From a virus, in the IMG/VR virus record IMGVR_UViG_3300009506_000004, positions 32,001 through 96,000 of that record: a DNA stretch of 64,000 nucleotides; one strand, written 5' to 3'. Below, piece after piece: positions 46,901 to 56,554 of this stretch. The position numbers and the translations under genes were made by a program. Positions within the stretch are counted from its first letter, which is position 1; every line of letters starts with the position of its first letter. The notes beneath the pieces were generated by a model. That model did not search any database and was not told where the DNA came from. It worked only from the letters and a program-made list of their open reading frames with translations.

Positions 46901-47085
46901 ACTACGACAGAATTATCTAAATCACTAACGGCTAAAATTTTGCCTTCATTAGCATTTAAATCTTTATCAGAATAAGTATATATTGAGCCGCCATCAACCC
47001 ATTGAACTTGAATAATTATAGCTGGTTCTACTCCTAAACTTTGCTCTAAATATTCTTGTGCATTATCAGAAATTTGCCTAACCAT
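43906..47085 (-). CDS. tail tip or hub (host-specificity-type) protein
   Basis: IF.G.I.SP..W, G.PWPL.FG.V motifs; position after tape measure and Dit-like genes. Confidence 0.75.
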   Translation of the reverse strand: MVRQISDNAQEYLEQSLGVEPAIIIQVQWVDGGSIYTYSDKDLNANEGKILAVSDLDNSVVVQGVQSGTSGDSQQISITIDDSDGTIKNIINQNDIHKQPCWVYQWFTGLSLDDKFLIFKGQISSPMQWNEGDRTVSFDIITRIEDAEVGFSMEEGDFTYVPEYLQGQPWPLIFGRVKNSPALKTRSPRTGILKTGFGIHDYMLAPRAEQARQVCCPVIFIGFRTSWAHATNVWGAAPLKIEAQYNTDARCECKKRAIYCEAELNLAVQQQYEYEEIEIINGSKFPQQKFITLNIAGAKVSGKFYGDTFRVERYIHPALETVPIPEIKNFGCDTGYGTDNSANTDPYIQSCVLPPECSGWQISMTSSAYLVGANDTSLEQEAWNYLSSFREVGFFWADPGSEVTLIGDDEYVYIVNLLPSTVHYLKAWKTFSVSNLRQFTTVPNTYWYARNSNFQEYLVSEVVLTQSLSSRGDGWEDDIYVTLTSTIGPNMVDIMKWLINKYTNFTWDDSFDEVRTKMVKYPMNFRVPGRKNILQLLQEMSFQNRCALTLRNDQFHLTYLSEEPAEDGIITESDVLANSLIMDHTNTEDLVTKLIAEWRPSLDLEDPYKVIVRYNVRKYGTQEETFDFYCFNTQKLVTKSATFWLIRMANTWKRIMCQVPISKLALESIDGCYVNLPDIADEIIKCRVETAVYNSEDHAIDLVLQTPVRAGEMTAYPFHYPSQISIDTLHPTNEDLQFGNAGGSGPNVDVDAPSGHVLGSPLQLTQGFSFGSDSPCSSISGGATYTRPIDLQGRCRPDHGDQQPSDIDDTTPTVPIHNDNTEVPPQQSPVNEYSQTKLNADANNIQQEGTNSALQNQLTGVGNTGTGSTQGAGTGDGAGSLNDTGGTETDDGDKQKEYADELPDDEELRKQNKCFWSLTIYSITVTTVRIANGEWCDDRKPLPPYLCNRPNGWCYCSEPEKYGCWVGNQVAEPTETLHFDSASARDAAAQALQSLIDSKTTVGANHPVYYTKFDYIQPGCEMPEPGQEGGMIGHQYEAGNDGSWSVFQLAAGDACDLPT

Positions 47086-47096
47086 TATATACTCCT

Positions 47097-47489
47097 CTAA
47101 TTCTGCTGGAAACCTTCAAACTCAACTTGAATTTGATGTTGAGAATAATTTCCTGGAGAGGCTACAGCTCTACGTATTGACTCAAATTCAAATGGATTTG
47201 ATGTAAAATAACCAATATAAATTTTATTTAAATGATCAGTTATTTTAATTTGTTCTGAGTTAAAAATATCAAAAAAAGCTTGTAGTTCCAAAGATTTTGC
47301 TTGCGAAAGCACAAAAGTCCAAACCATTTTCTTTCTAGAATCTCTAGACTTGACATAAATATATCTAGTACCATCTTTTGCAAATTTTTTATCTAGTGAA
47401 CAAGTTGGTGATATAGAATCTCCTAATTGTGGATTTGGTAAAAAAGTTGTTAAACTTATAGCAGGATAAGGTGCTTGTAATATAAACAT
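47097..47489 (-). CDS. distal tail (Dit/gpM-like) protein
   Basis: 130 aa, position; LP.P..GD, DG, L..FF, ITDH pattern. Confidence 0.6.
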   Translation of the reverse strand: MFILQAPYPAISLTTFLPNPQLGDSISPTCSLDKKFAKDGTRYIYVKSRDSRKKMVWTFVLSQAKSLELQAFFDIFNSEQIKITDHLNKIYIGYFTSNPFEFESIRRAVASPGNYSQHQIQVEFEGFQQN

Positions 47490-48937
47490 TATGGTGAAAC
47501 CTTTACTACATCAGCAGATTGAGAAAGAATTAATGTATTGCAAGCATATAATTCCAAATAACTATTAATAACTTCTAATTCTAGTGATAAATCATTTAAA
47601 TTAGTACCATTACGTATTACAGGATTATTTGGTGTAGTTATAATTCCAATCCAGATTCTACCAGTCCAATCTCTAAAACTTACTAATTGACCGAGAGTTA
47701 TTTCTAAGAAGTTTAATATATCATAAACTTCACTATCTTTGATTCCACTAAAATCCATTACAATGGATCTTTGTTTTGGCCAAGTAGGATCTCTAAATAT
47801 TCTTAAAGATCCACCACGTGATTCCCTGTTTATTCTATTATATTGACTTCTGTCTCTGTCACCAAAATTAGGTGTTCTTAATATTATTAATTCAGTAGCA
47901 AGGCAACTAGAACCAGCTGGATAATAAAATTCAACATCATTGTGAACAATTATATCTGGTGGTATAGGTCTAATTAATGGTGAACCATTACCACCAGAAA
48001 ATGGAGAGTATAATTCAGTAACTTTACAAGTACCTTGTGTGCTTATTATTTCACCATTCCTTAATTGAAACCAAGTAAAATTATGGTTAAAATTAATTGT
48101 ATTACTTGCTGTTAAACTTCTCCAATGATTACAAATTACAGATTGCTCAAATTCAATAGTTTGAGTTACAGATTTACCAGCATTACCATAAGATGATTGT
48201 GTAAATACAATAGTATTTTCAGCCGTTAATTCTATTGGAAATATAGCACTTTGTACAAATGTTAAAGTACTAGTTGCTGTTAAAGCAGTTGCACTAGCTT
48301 TTAATATATATCTGTTATTAGATTGAGAAAACTCTATATCATTTGATGCTGTTAAAGGTATAGCATCAGTGTACTGAGTAAATCTATTACTATGTTGTAT
48401 AATTAAGAATTCATTATATGCTGTTCTAGTCAGTAAACCAGGCGCAGCAGATTGAATAAAGTTAACTGTATTACTAGCTGTTAATTCCCTAATACCTGAA
48501 ATTTGTGCAATTTGTACAAAATTAATTTGATTATTAGCAGATAGGTTTAATATATTTTTAGCATTACTTTGGCTAAATTCAATGGTATTACTAGCAGTTC
48601 TAGTAAAAGGCCCTCTGGCGCTTTGAGAAAATTCAATATAACTTTCAGCACTATAAGAAAATGAACCAGTGCGATTGGCAACATGTGCAAAAGTTATATT
48701 ACTAGTAGCAGTTCTATCCTTATATTTTTCTCTTTCATTTGTTTGTACAAAAGTAATAGTACTACTTGCAGTAAGATTAAATATAGTTGCTTCTGACCTT
48801 GAAGCACCATAAGCTAGTGTTAATGATTTTCCTAATACAGATAAGGAAATACCAGGGATTGATGTCAATTTACCACTATCGTTTCCTACTTGTGAAAATT
48901 GAATCGTACTTGTAGATGTTCGGTCGTAAATTGACAT
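47489..48937 (-). CDS. tail protein with about 13 beta repeats plus a Dit-like C-terminal domain
   Basis: Repeats of LTASNTIxFxQS; C-terminus parallels ORF 47097-47489. Confidence 0.7.
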   Translation of the reverse strand: MSIYDRTSTSTIQFSQVGNDSGKLTSIPGISLSVLGKSLTLAYGASRSEATIFNLTASSTITFVQTNEREKYKDRTATSNITFAHVANRTGSFSYSAESYIEFSQSARGPFTRTASNTIEFSQSNAKNILNLSANNQINFVQIAQISGIRELTASNTVNFIQSAAPGLLTRTAYNEFLIIQHSNRFTQYTDAIPLTASNDIEFSQSNNRYILKASATALTATSTLTFVQSAIFPIELTAENTIVFTQSSYGNAGKSVTQTIEFEQSVICNHWRSLTASNTINFNHNFTWFQLRNGEIISTQGTCKVTELYSPFSGGNGSPLIRPIPPDIIVHNDVEFYYPAGSSCLATELIILRTPNFGDRDRSQYNRINRESRGGSLRIFRDPTWPKQRSIVMDFSGIKDSEVYDILNFLEITLGQLVSFRDWTGRIWIGIITTPNNPVIRNGTNLNDLSLELEVINSYLELYACNTLILSQSADVVKVSP

Positions 48938-48957
48938 ACAATCACCTGTTTATATTA

Positions 48958-48999
48958 TAAAAAGAGTCCGGAATAGCACATTACTATTCCGGGTCTCTT
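48958..48999 (-). terminator. intrinsic terminator
   Basis: CCGGAATAG/CTATTCCGG stem with AAGAG extension and T-run on the minus strand. Confidence 0.7.
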
Positions 49000-49022
49000 A
49001 GCAAAGAAATTAACAGTATATA

Positions 49023-49637
49023 CTAAGCACTAACAGTGTATGTAATTTTTAATTGGTCCCCGTTCACAACAGCAGTATCACCTTGATCAAATAAAGCAGT
49101 AGCCCAAAGTGTGCCATCAGATGCATGGTCACCTTTAGTATCAGAATTAACTCCACCACCAACAAGACCTAATCCCTTAACTGTTCCAGATCCAGTAATA
49201 TCAAAAACAACTTGTGTACTGTTTGATATAGACTGACCTGAAGCTGGGTCTGGGCTCCAAGCTGGTCTAGTTACTGTACTATCACCATTACCAGGATCTG
49301 TATAAGATTTAAATTCATCCCAGCCATTACCAGCTTGATCAATATTGTCATATGTATCAGCATCATCTAATGCTGTAAAGTTTGCATTGTCAATTAACAA
49401 CATATACCATGTTGTGATTTGTGTAGCTGCATCAAAGTAAATATCAAATATTGAATCTTTACCTTCATCTGTTATTCCATTAGGACCCATATAAGTGGCA
49501 ATCCATAATCCTTGCCTGTAATGTTCGACATTGGCCCAACCGCGTAGGGTAAATAATGAACGTGTACGACCAGCAAGTTTACCACTTCTCCCTTTAGCAA
49601 CAGAGGCTTTTTGATGAAAATTTACCTTTGTTATCAT
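49023..49637 (-). CDS. minor tail or structural protein
   Basis: N.IT..G, WY..LI, GTL.A...F, V.NGD.L.ITYTVS pattern; position in the tail module. Confidence 0.7.
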   Translation of the reverse strand: MITKVNFHQKASVAKGRSGKLAGRTRSLFTLRGWANVEHYRQGLWIATYMGPNGITDEGKDSIFDIYFDAATQITTWYMLLIDNANFTALDDADTYDNIDQAGNGWDEFKSYTDPGNGDSTVTRPAWSPDPASGQSISNSTQVVFDITGSGTVKGLGLVGGGVNSDTKGDHASDGTLWATALFDQGDTAVVNGDQLKITYTVSA

Positions 49638-49661
49638 AAATCTTTCTCCAATAGCCGTGAG

Positions 49662-52600
49662 TTATCTACCTAATTTAGAAGAAGTGCCACGTCTATACTC
49701 ACGGCGAAGTTCTGACAAGACACGTCTGGCAGTAGCATCAGGTGATGCTGTGCCTATAACTTTAATATCACCAATATTAACACTATTATTTACTACAGTT
49801 CCACCTTCGGCTCTATAAATTGGGTTAACACCAGCATTCATTGCAATTAATTGAGAAGCAAATTTCTTAGAAGCATTAGAATTAACAACAAATTCTCCAG
49901 GTGTCAACATAGCAGGAACAGTATCTGTTCCTCTAGTAAATCCACCAATACTTCTATAAAGTACTGGTCCACCAAACATTTTAGATTGTCCACCATTCGC
50001 TTGTGCTTGGTTTAATTCTCTTTGTTTATCAATGGCTTTTTGAATTTGCCCTACTAAATTGACATAACTTTGAGAAAGGTTATTATTAACTGTATCAGTA
50101 CTTAGCTGAATAGCACCAGTTAATTCACCTTGCCTATTGATTGGTTCATTTAATGCTTCACTTATACCACCAATTTTTTCATTTAGTGATCCTTGTTTTT
50201 CAAGTGAATCTTCTATTAATTTAATTAAATTTATATAAGATTCTTCTTCAGCTTGGATACGTCTTAATTGAGGTTTTTGACCAATAGTTTCATCTTGCGC
50301 TTTTTGTAATGCTTTTAATTGATCTAATATTGTACCACGAACAGCGGTTTCTCCCCATGGAGTTAATCCAGGGATATCAGCAACTTTATTTAATTGGTCA
50401 ATTAATCTAGCGGCATTTTGAAGATCTTCATCAGAAATAATATTCTTATTGGGATCTATAATTTTAGCAAATTTTTGCTCTATACGATCAATACCTCTAG
50501 TAATATTTGTAGTATCAATACCAAATTTTTCAATTGTTTGCCCAGTTTCCCTAGCATGACTAAGTGCTTTATTCCATGAACTTTCAACTTTACTTCTTGC
50601 ATTTATTTCATCTTGAAGTTGGGTATTTATATTTCCTTGTTCTTGTTCAAGTTCTTTGGATGCCTTTAAAGCAGCCTGACGTATTTGGTTAATACCAGCC
50701 AAAGGTTGTGCTGGATCAAATGTAAATTCTAAACCTAATTGTTCAGCTTTGCTAACTATAAATTCAACAGGAACTTGAGCTACTACATTACTAGCAGCTT
50801 GTGAAACAGTATCTTTTAAATTCTGTTGAGTTTTAGTGGGGTCAAAACTTAATTGTCTAAGTTGTTCATTGACTTTAACACCTAAATCAGCAACACCCAT
50901 TATTTCAGCAAAACTTAAATCTTCTCTGCTTAGAGCAGATTGCTGAATTTTATCAAATGCTTCCTTAGCATTTTTTATTGCTGCATCACGCTCAGCTTGA
51001 GGAAGTAAAGAACCACCATCTTGAAATAGACTAAGGTTATCTTTAAGTTGTTTTACATTTTCTTTAAGATCTGCAAGTTTTTGTTTTTCTTCAGCTTGTC
51101 TACTAGCAGCAGTAGCTGTTGCTTTATCATCTAAAGCTTGTTGTGCTTGTTTTGTTTTTAGTTGTTCTTTAAGAACAGCATCTAAAGCTTTTTCAGCTTT
51201 ATAGAGTTGAGCACGATTACCACTTTTCTCTGCTGTTTGAACAGCTTCTTCTGCTAATTTTTCAGAATACTCAAGAAGTTTTACTCTTTCTTCTAATCCT
51301 TTTTGTGTAGCTGGAGTTTGTCTAGCTTTAGATAAAGCTTCTTCGGCTCTTTGAGTTTGTTTAAAGGCTATAGTTAAATCATCTAAATGTCTAGTTCTTC
51401 TATTAAATTCATTGTCGTCTATTTTTTGGCGAATAGAAGCTTGGTCATCAAGATTTTTAGTTCTCCTGTTTTCTGCTTCAGAAATTCTTTTATCTATTGC
51501 ATTAACATATGTTGTTCTAGCAGAGACTAAATTATCTAAAATATCACTAGTTGTTTTTACAAAAGAATCATTTTCTTGTCTTATAACCTCTCTTGCTTCA
51601 TTTGCTGCTTCTTGAAGTTTATTAAAAGCTTCGTCACCTTTTTTACCAAGTTCATCTAAAGATTTTAAAGCTTCTGTAGTGTCTTTACTTATTTTTTCAA
51701 TATTATCAAGTTTTATTTTATCTAATCGTTCAAATTCGTCATTAAACTCAGCTAAAGTACTCTTTTTATCTAAAAATCCTATTAATTCACCAAGGGCATA
51801 ACCTATACCACCAGCTAATAATAAAGTACTTGCAGCAGCTGATGCAGCACCTACCTGTACAGTAAATAAAGCTTTCCCAGCCAATGTGGCTTTAGCTGCA
51901 TATGCTGTTAAAGAAGCAACACCAATACCAACTAAAGTCCCAGAAAGATTGTGAACTGCTCCTGAAACTAATCCTAAACCTTTTGTTATAATAGGTAAAG
52001 CATTTTGAGCAAGTACTAAAAATTCATTTTTTAATTGTTCTAATGCTTTTCTGAATTTAACAGCATCTTGTTCATTAAATTTTTCTAAAACTTTATCTAA
52101 ATAGGAAGTTGCTTCATTAGCTGCATCACCAATTTTCTTAATATTTTCAGCTAATAATTCACTTTGTGAAGATAAAGCTTCAAAAGCTGTTCTAGCACGA
52201 ATATTTGTGAAAAATTGAGCAATTCTAGAAGAATCACCTTGTGCTTGTGCAGCAATAGCTTGTATTACACCTTGTAATCCACCAAATTTTTGAATAGCCT
52301 CTTGAATATTAGCTACTTTAAATACTTCAGTAAATAATTTTTGTAATTCTTTTGTTGGCTTCTGTAATTGGTTAATAATAGCGCGTAATTGTGTTAATGC
52401 TCTAGTAGGTGAGACACCAGCTCTCGTAATGGTAGCTAAAGAAGCCCCAACTTCATTAAAAGAAATTCCAGCACTTCGCGCTAATGGTGTTACATTACCT
52501 AATTGATCAGCTATATCTTTTAATCTTGTGCGACCCAATTCTATTGTCTTGAATAAAGCAGCAGATACTTGGTCAGAAGATTGAACACTTAAATCATAAG

Positions 52601-53267
52601 AATTTAATACAGAAGATAATGCGCCAACAGCCTCAGAAACTTCAGAAGATGATATTCTAGCAAGTTTTAGAGAAGAAGTAAATAATGCATTACTGTCAGC
52701 TGATCCTTTTACTTGGTTAGAAAATTCTTGATATTTAGCTTCAGCTAAATCAAGTACATCAAAACCAAATTGATTTGATAGATTTATTAAATCAGTATTT
52801 AGATTATTTACTTCTGAATCAAAATTTTGAATACCTCTTGGCGAAATAGCAGCAGCTTCAGCAAGAGCTATTCCAAATTCTTCAGCAGTTCCAATGGCTT
52901 CTCTAAATTGTGATTGTAAAGCATTTAATGATCTTACTATACCTTGAGCTAAAGCAATTCTTCCAATTGTTTGCCAAGATAATAAAAATCCACGAGAAGC
53001 TTGTGTAGCTCCTTGAGTCTTTTTAGTAACATTATCAATTATTTTTCCTGCTTTATTTAATTTACCAGCAGCCTTAGCTGTGCTGTCTATTTGCTTACTT
53101 AAAGTAGAAAAATCATTTGATAATTTGTTAGCATTAAACTTTTTTAATGCATCAGCTGACCTAATTAAAGCATTATTTAATCCATTTAATGCATTTATTA
53201 CTTGATTAATACCTTGGATTGCACCACTAGCATCAAAACCTAATGACTGTATAATTTGATCGCTCAT
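49662..53267 (-). CDS. tail tape measure protein
   Basis: 1201 aa Ala-rich helical protein, TP901-like core, C-terminal GTDTVPAMLTPGEFVV. Confidence 0.92.
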   Translation of the reverse strand: MSDQIIQSLGFDASGAIQGINQVINALNGLNNALIRSADALKKFNANKLSNDFSTLSKQIDSTAKAAGKLNKAGKIIDNVTKKTQGATQASRGFLLSWQTIGRIALAQGIVRSLNALQSQFREAIGTAEEFGIALAEAAAISPRGIQNFDSEVNNLNTDLINLSNQFGFDVLDLAEAKYQEFSNQVKGSADSNALFTSSLKLARISSSEVSEAVGALSSVLNSYDLSVQSSDQVSAALFKTIELGRTRLKDIADQLGNVTPLARSAGISFNEVGASLATITRAGVSPTRALTQLRAIINQLQKPTKELQKLFTEVFKVANIQEAIQKFGGLQGVIQAIAAQAQGDSSRIAQFFTNIRARTAFEALSSQSELLAENIKKIGDAANEATSYLDKVLEKFNEQDAVKFRKALEQLKNEFLVLAQNALPIITKGLGLVSGAVHNLSGTLVGIGVASLTAYAAKATLAGKALFTVQVGAASAAASTLLLAGGIGYALGELIGFLDKKSTLAEFNDEFERLDKIKLDNIEKISKDTTEALKSLDELGKKGDEAFNKLQEAANEAREVIRQENDSFVKTTSDILDNLVSARTTYVNAIDKRISEAENRRTKNLDDQASIRQKIDDNEFNRRTRHLDDLTIAFKQTQRAEEALSKARQTPATQKGLEERVKLLEYSEKLAEEAVQTAEKSGNRAQLYKAEKALDAVLKEQLKTKQAQQALDDKATATAASRQAEEKQKLADLKENVKQLKDNLSLFQDGGSLLPQAERDAAIKNAKEAFDKIQQSALSREDLSFAEIMGVADLGVKVNEQLRQLSFDPTKTQQNLKDTVSQAASNVVAQVPVEFIVSKAEQLGLEFTFDPAQPLAGINQIRQAALKASKELEQEQGNINTQLQDEINARSKVESSWNKALSHARETGQTIEKFGIDTTNITRGIDRIEQKFAKIIDPNKNIISDEDLQNAARLIDQLNKVADIPGLTPWGETAVRGTILDQLKALQKAQDETIGQKPQLRRIQAEEESYINLIKLIEDSLEKQGSLNEKIGGISEALNEPINRQGELTGAIQLSTDTVNNNLSQSYVNLVGQIQKAIDKQRELNQAQANGGQSKMFGGPVLYRSIGGFTRGTDTVPAMLTPGEFVVNSNASKKFASQLIAMNAGVNPIYRAEGGTVVNNSVNIGDIKVIGTASPDATARRVLSELRREYRRGTSSKLGR

Positions 53268-53809
53268 TAGCCCACCCTAATTGCTTTAAATTTAAGTGTT
53301 TTCCAAGGAGAAGGTAAACCCATTACTGTCTTTGTATATTCCCTAAAAGCTTCAGTTCCTTTTTCTTGAAAATGATAAGGACCAGGTGTTTTTAAATTTG
53401 AAAACACTCTTCCAGCTTTTCTATTTGTATTAGCATTGTTATATTCATTAAATATTAAATGCTCTAAAGTAGTGCTATATTTAAAAGTTACAATACCACT
53501 TTTAACATTTTTTGTATCTACTTCACCTTCACTTTTAGCAAACCCAACACTTTCACCAAGAGCATATTTCCCATCTGGTGTAACAATTGGGTTTATAGAT
53601 ATAGCGAAGCCGATAGATCTAGCTAATTTTAAAAATGTTGCTTTTGAAGCACCAGACCAAACAGGTATTACTGATAGTGCTGTAGCATTTAACCAAGCTA
53701 TGCCAGCTAAATGAATTTCATCTATTAGCATTGCTGCTAGAAGTTTTTCCCATTTTTGGTAATCAATTCTAATTTCTTTAAATCTGGCTGTAAATTTTGG
53801 GTTTTTCAC
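53267..53809 (-). CDS. putative tail completion (HK97 gp10-like) protein
   Basis: IPVWSG motif, basic composition, position. Confidence 0.5.
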   Translation of the reverse strand: MKNPKFTARFKEIRIDYQKWEKLLAAMLIDEIHLAGIAWLNATALSVIPVWSGASKATFLKLARSIGFAISINPIVTPDGKYALGESVGFAKSEGEVDTKNVKSGIVTFKYSTTLEHLIFNEYNNANTNRKAGRVFSNLKTPGPYHFQEKGTEAFREYTKTVMGLPSPWKTLKFKAIRVG

Positions 53810-54072
53810 TATCTACCTCGTTTACGACCACCTTGATATTTTGGCAGTGGCTTAGGCTTGATATTAAAAGCCTCAGATTCCTCAAAACAAAATCTTTGAT
53901 AGTAAGCAATAATTAAGGCTTGTGTCCATGAATCACAATCATCCCATGATTCTTTGACACCAGGTGGTTTTACTCCTAGTTGGGCACATGCACGCCAAAT
54001 TAAGAAGTCTGTGCTTGGGTATTTTGGCCAGAGGTATTTTTTTCCGCCACTGCCTGACCAAGTAGAAAAACC
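53809..54072 (-). CDS. tail assembly chaperone, -1 frameshift extension (gpT-like)
   Basis: ATG-less open -1 frame ...KYLWPKYPSTDFLIWRACAQLGVKPPG...GRKRGR*; slippery G GTT TTT and G GAA AAA AAT. Confidence 0.8.
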   Translation of the reverse strand, partial: GFSTWSGSGGKKYLWPKYPSTDFLIWRACAQLGVKPPGVKESWDDCDSWTQALIIAYYQRFCFEESEAFNIKPKPLPKYQGGRKRGR

Positions 54073-54503
54073 TGCCTAGCTGCTTCTAATTTTTCTTCAT
54101 CTAAAGAATTGGCTTCCATAACAGTATTTTTTATAATATTTATTTCTATAGCAGAAAAACCAGAATCTTTTAATTCTTGCTCATATTGTAACCAAGTAGA
54201 TGGGTTATCAAGTTTAACTGTTTCCCATTCAATATTACTTGGTTTCAATGATTCTAAAATAACCCAAGCTATACGTCTAGTATTATAATTAATAACTTGC
54301 TGTTTATATCCATCATCATCAAGATTATTTATTTTTTCCCCATTTTTTAAGATAACAGGTGGAATTGGATAATGTAAATAATCATCTAATTTTGAAAAAT
54401 CAGACACAGACTCAGCTACAATAACAATTGGTTCACTGTTTTCTCGTGGAAATACAACAGTTTTTTTATTTTTTCCTTTAATTTCTTTGCCATTAATCTT
54501 CAT
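54000..54503 (-). CDS. tail assembly chaperone (gpG-like)
   Basis: Between tail tube and tape measure; slippery sites near the 3' end. Confidence 0.8.
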   Translation of the reverse strand: MKINGKEIKGKNKKTVVFPRENSEPIVIVAESVSDFSKLDDYLHYPIPPVILKNGEKINNLDDDGYKQQVINYNTRRIAWVILESLKPSNIEWETVKLDNPSTWLQYEQELKDSGFSAIEINIIKNTVMEANSLDEEKLEAARQVFLLGQAVAEKNTSGQNTQAQTS

Positions 54504-54522
54504 ATTTTTTCCTTTAATAAAG

Positions 54523-54559
54523 AAATAACAGAGACAGAAACTTTCTGTCTCTGTTATTT
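54523..54559. terminator. perfect 18-bp inverted repeat after the tail tube genes
   Basis: AAATAACAGAGACAGAAA-C-TTTCTGTCTCTGTTATTT. Confidence 0.75.
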
Positions 54560-54563
54560 ATAT

Positions 54564-55301
54564 TTACGTACGTGTTAATGTAGGTTTAACTGCATTACAA
54601 CGACCAGTCATAGATAATGTTGAAGCAGATAAATCAGCTTCAAATGTATCATATCTAAAATCAGGTAATAATGTTGTTTCTGTTTCTGCCCCACCACATG
54701 GTGGAACATGATCAACTTCTAAATCTACTGCGTATGGTTCACATGGATCACTAGAACTTGAAACCCATTCAGAAGCGCCACCTGTACCATTTAAAGCATC
54801 AAAAGGTGTAATAGTCTCAGATGTCCCTGTAGTGATAAATTCGTAAACACTATCTAAAGTAACATCTAGGGGTTGCTGGTCACCTTCACGAACAGTATCA
54901 AGATTACCGCGATCAAGTAAGTATTCAAATTCTCGATTGACTGTCCAAACAAGATTCCCATCACCCATTTTTACTTCAATTTGCTGATTTAAAAATGTGA
55001 CTGTATCATCATTAGCATAAGTACCAGCACCTAAAGCAGGTGAGAAATCTATATTTGTAGTTGCACCAGTGGATGGTGTACGGTCTGTAACAGTATGCAC
55101 TTGTGTAACAGTTTCACCAGTTAAAGTAAATCTTGCTCCAATAGGAACTTGTGTTGTTACTGCACTATTTAATGATACAGTATCAATATCAAATTCGGTA
55201 TCAGTAGCAGCTGGTGGAGTTGAAGGCTCATTAACTAAAGCCGTACCAGATAAGCCATCTTTGATGCGAATTGTTGCATCACGAAGTTCAATTCTTGCCA
55301 T
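54564..55301 (-). CDS. major tail tube protein, copy 2
   Basis: Synteny (terminator-tube-chaperone-tape measure); GGAGG RBS; paralog of 55314-56042. Confidence 0.75.
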   Translation of the reverse strand: MARIELRDATIRIKDGLSGTALVNEPSTPPAATDTEFDIDTVSLNSAVTTQVPIGARFTLTGETVTQVHTVTDRTPSTGATTNIDFSPALGAGTYANDDTVTFLNQQIEVKMGDGNLVWTVNREFEYLLDRGNLDTVREGDQQPLDVTLDSVYEFITTGTSETITPFDALNGTGGASEWVSSSSDPCEPYAVDLEVDHVPPCGGAETETTLLPDFRYDTFEADLSASTLSMTGRCNAVKPTLTRT

Positions 55302-55313
55302 ATTATCCTCCTA

Positions 55314-56042
55314 TTATGTAGTACGTGTTAATGTAGGTTTAACTGCATTACAACGACCAGTCATAGATAATGTTGAAGCAGATAAATCAGCTTCAAATGT
55401 ATCATATCTAAAATCTGGAAGTAATGTTGTTTCTTTTTGAGCACCACCACACGGAGGAATATGCTCTACTTCAATGTCAACAGCATATGGTTCACAAGGA
55501 TCACTAGAACTTGAAACCCATTCAGAAGCATCACCAGTACCATTTAGAGCATCATACGGAGTGATAACTTCAGATGTGCCTGTAGTTATAAACTCATAAA
55601 CACTATCTAAAGTAACATCCAAAGGTTGTTGGTCACCTTCGCGAACAGTATCAAGATTACCTTTATCAAGCAAATATTCAAATTCTCGATTGACTGTCCA
55701 AACAAGATTCCCATCACCCATTTTTACTTCAATTCGTTGACTCTGAAATGTAATTACTGCATCATCAACAACACCAGTCGCAAGTGCTGGTGTAAAAGTA
55801 ATATCAGTTGTTGGACTTGAAGCTGTTGGTGTTCTAGCTGTAACTGTATGTACTGGAGAACCAGTCTCAGCAGCAATAGTGAACCTTGCACCAACTGGTA
55901 CTAAATCAGTGTCTTCAGTATTCAACACTATTGTATCAATACCAATAGTTGTACCAGTTGGAGTGGTTTCATCAACAGCAGCAGTACCAGAAAGACCATC
56001 CTTAATTCGGATAGTTGCATCTCTTAATTCAATTCTTGCCAT
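55314..56042 (-). CDS. major tail tube protein, copy 1
   Basis: Same synteny and paralogy as copy 2; GAGAGG RBS. Confidence 0.75.
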   Translation of the reverse strand: MARIELRDATIRIKDGLSGTAAVDETTPTGTTIGIDTIVLNTEDTDLVPVGARFTIAAETGSPVHTVTARTPTASSPTTDITFTPALATGVVDDAVITFQSQRIEVKMGDGNLVWTVNREFEYLLDKGNLDTVREGDQQPLDVTLDSVYEFITTGTSEVITPYDALNGTGDASEWVSSSSDPCEPYAVDIEVEHIPPCGGAQKETTLLPDFRYDTFEADLSASTLSMTGRCNAVKPTLTRTT

Positions 56043-56059
56043 TTTTATACCTCTCCCAC

Positions 56060-56554
56060 TTAGGGATAGATGTCCATTTCAAGATTAACGTCCACTGAGA
56101 ATTGACGTAACCTGTCTTCAGGGTTAATCTCTCCAAAGTGGAAAACTTTAATACCCTCTTTTCGCCCACGCCTAAGAGTAAGGCACCCAATCAACGATTG
56201 GTCATCATCTACCCCACTGCCATACTTATAAACTGGTATTGCTTGAGCGGCAACTTGGGCTATGTCACCAGCCATTTGTGTACCATAGTATGCGTTAGGT
56301 TCAATGCCACCCATGTGAGAATAAATTAAAATGTTGGCATCTACTTCAAAACGCCAATAATTATGACTTAATTCTTTTATAGATGGCCCATTAATACGAA
56401 TTTCCACACGATTAGTTGAAGTCATGAAATCTGTAGTTCGTTCATCTACACCTTCAATTAAAGATTTATAGCCTTTTGTAATAGCACAACTTTTAAAATG
56501 ATCTCCAACTGACGCCTGCACCCACCTTGGCCAATTTTCATTATAAGTTGTCAT
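56060..56554 (-). CDS. putative tail terminator
   Basis: Size and position just upstream of the tail tube. Confidence 0.55.
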   Translation of the reverse strand: MTTYNENWPRWVQASVGDHFKSCAITKGYKSLIEGVDERTTDFMTSTNRVEIRINGPSIKELSHNYWRFEVDANILIYSHMGGIEPNAYYGTQMAGDIAQVAAQAIPVYKYGSGVDDDQSLIGCLTLRRGRKEGIKVFHFGEINPEDRLRQFSVDVNLEMDIYP

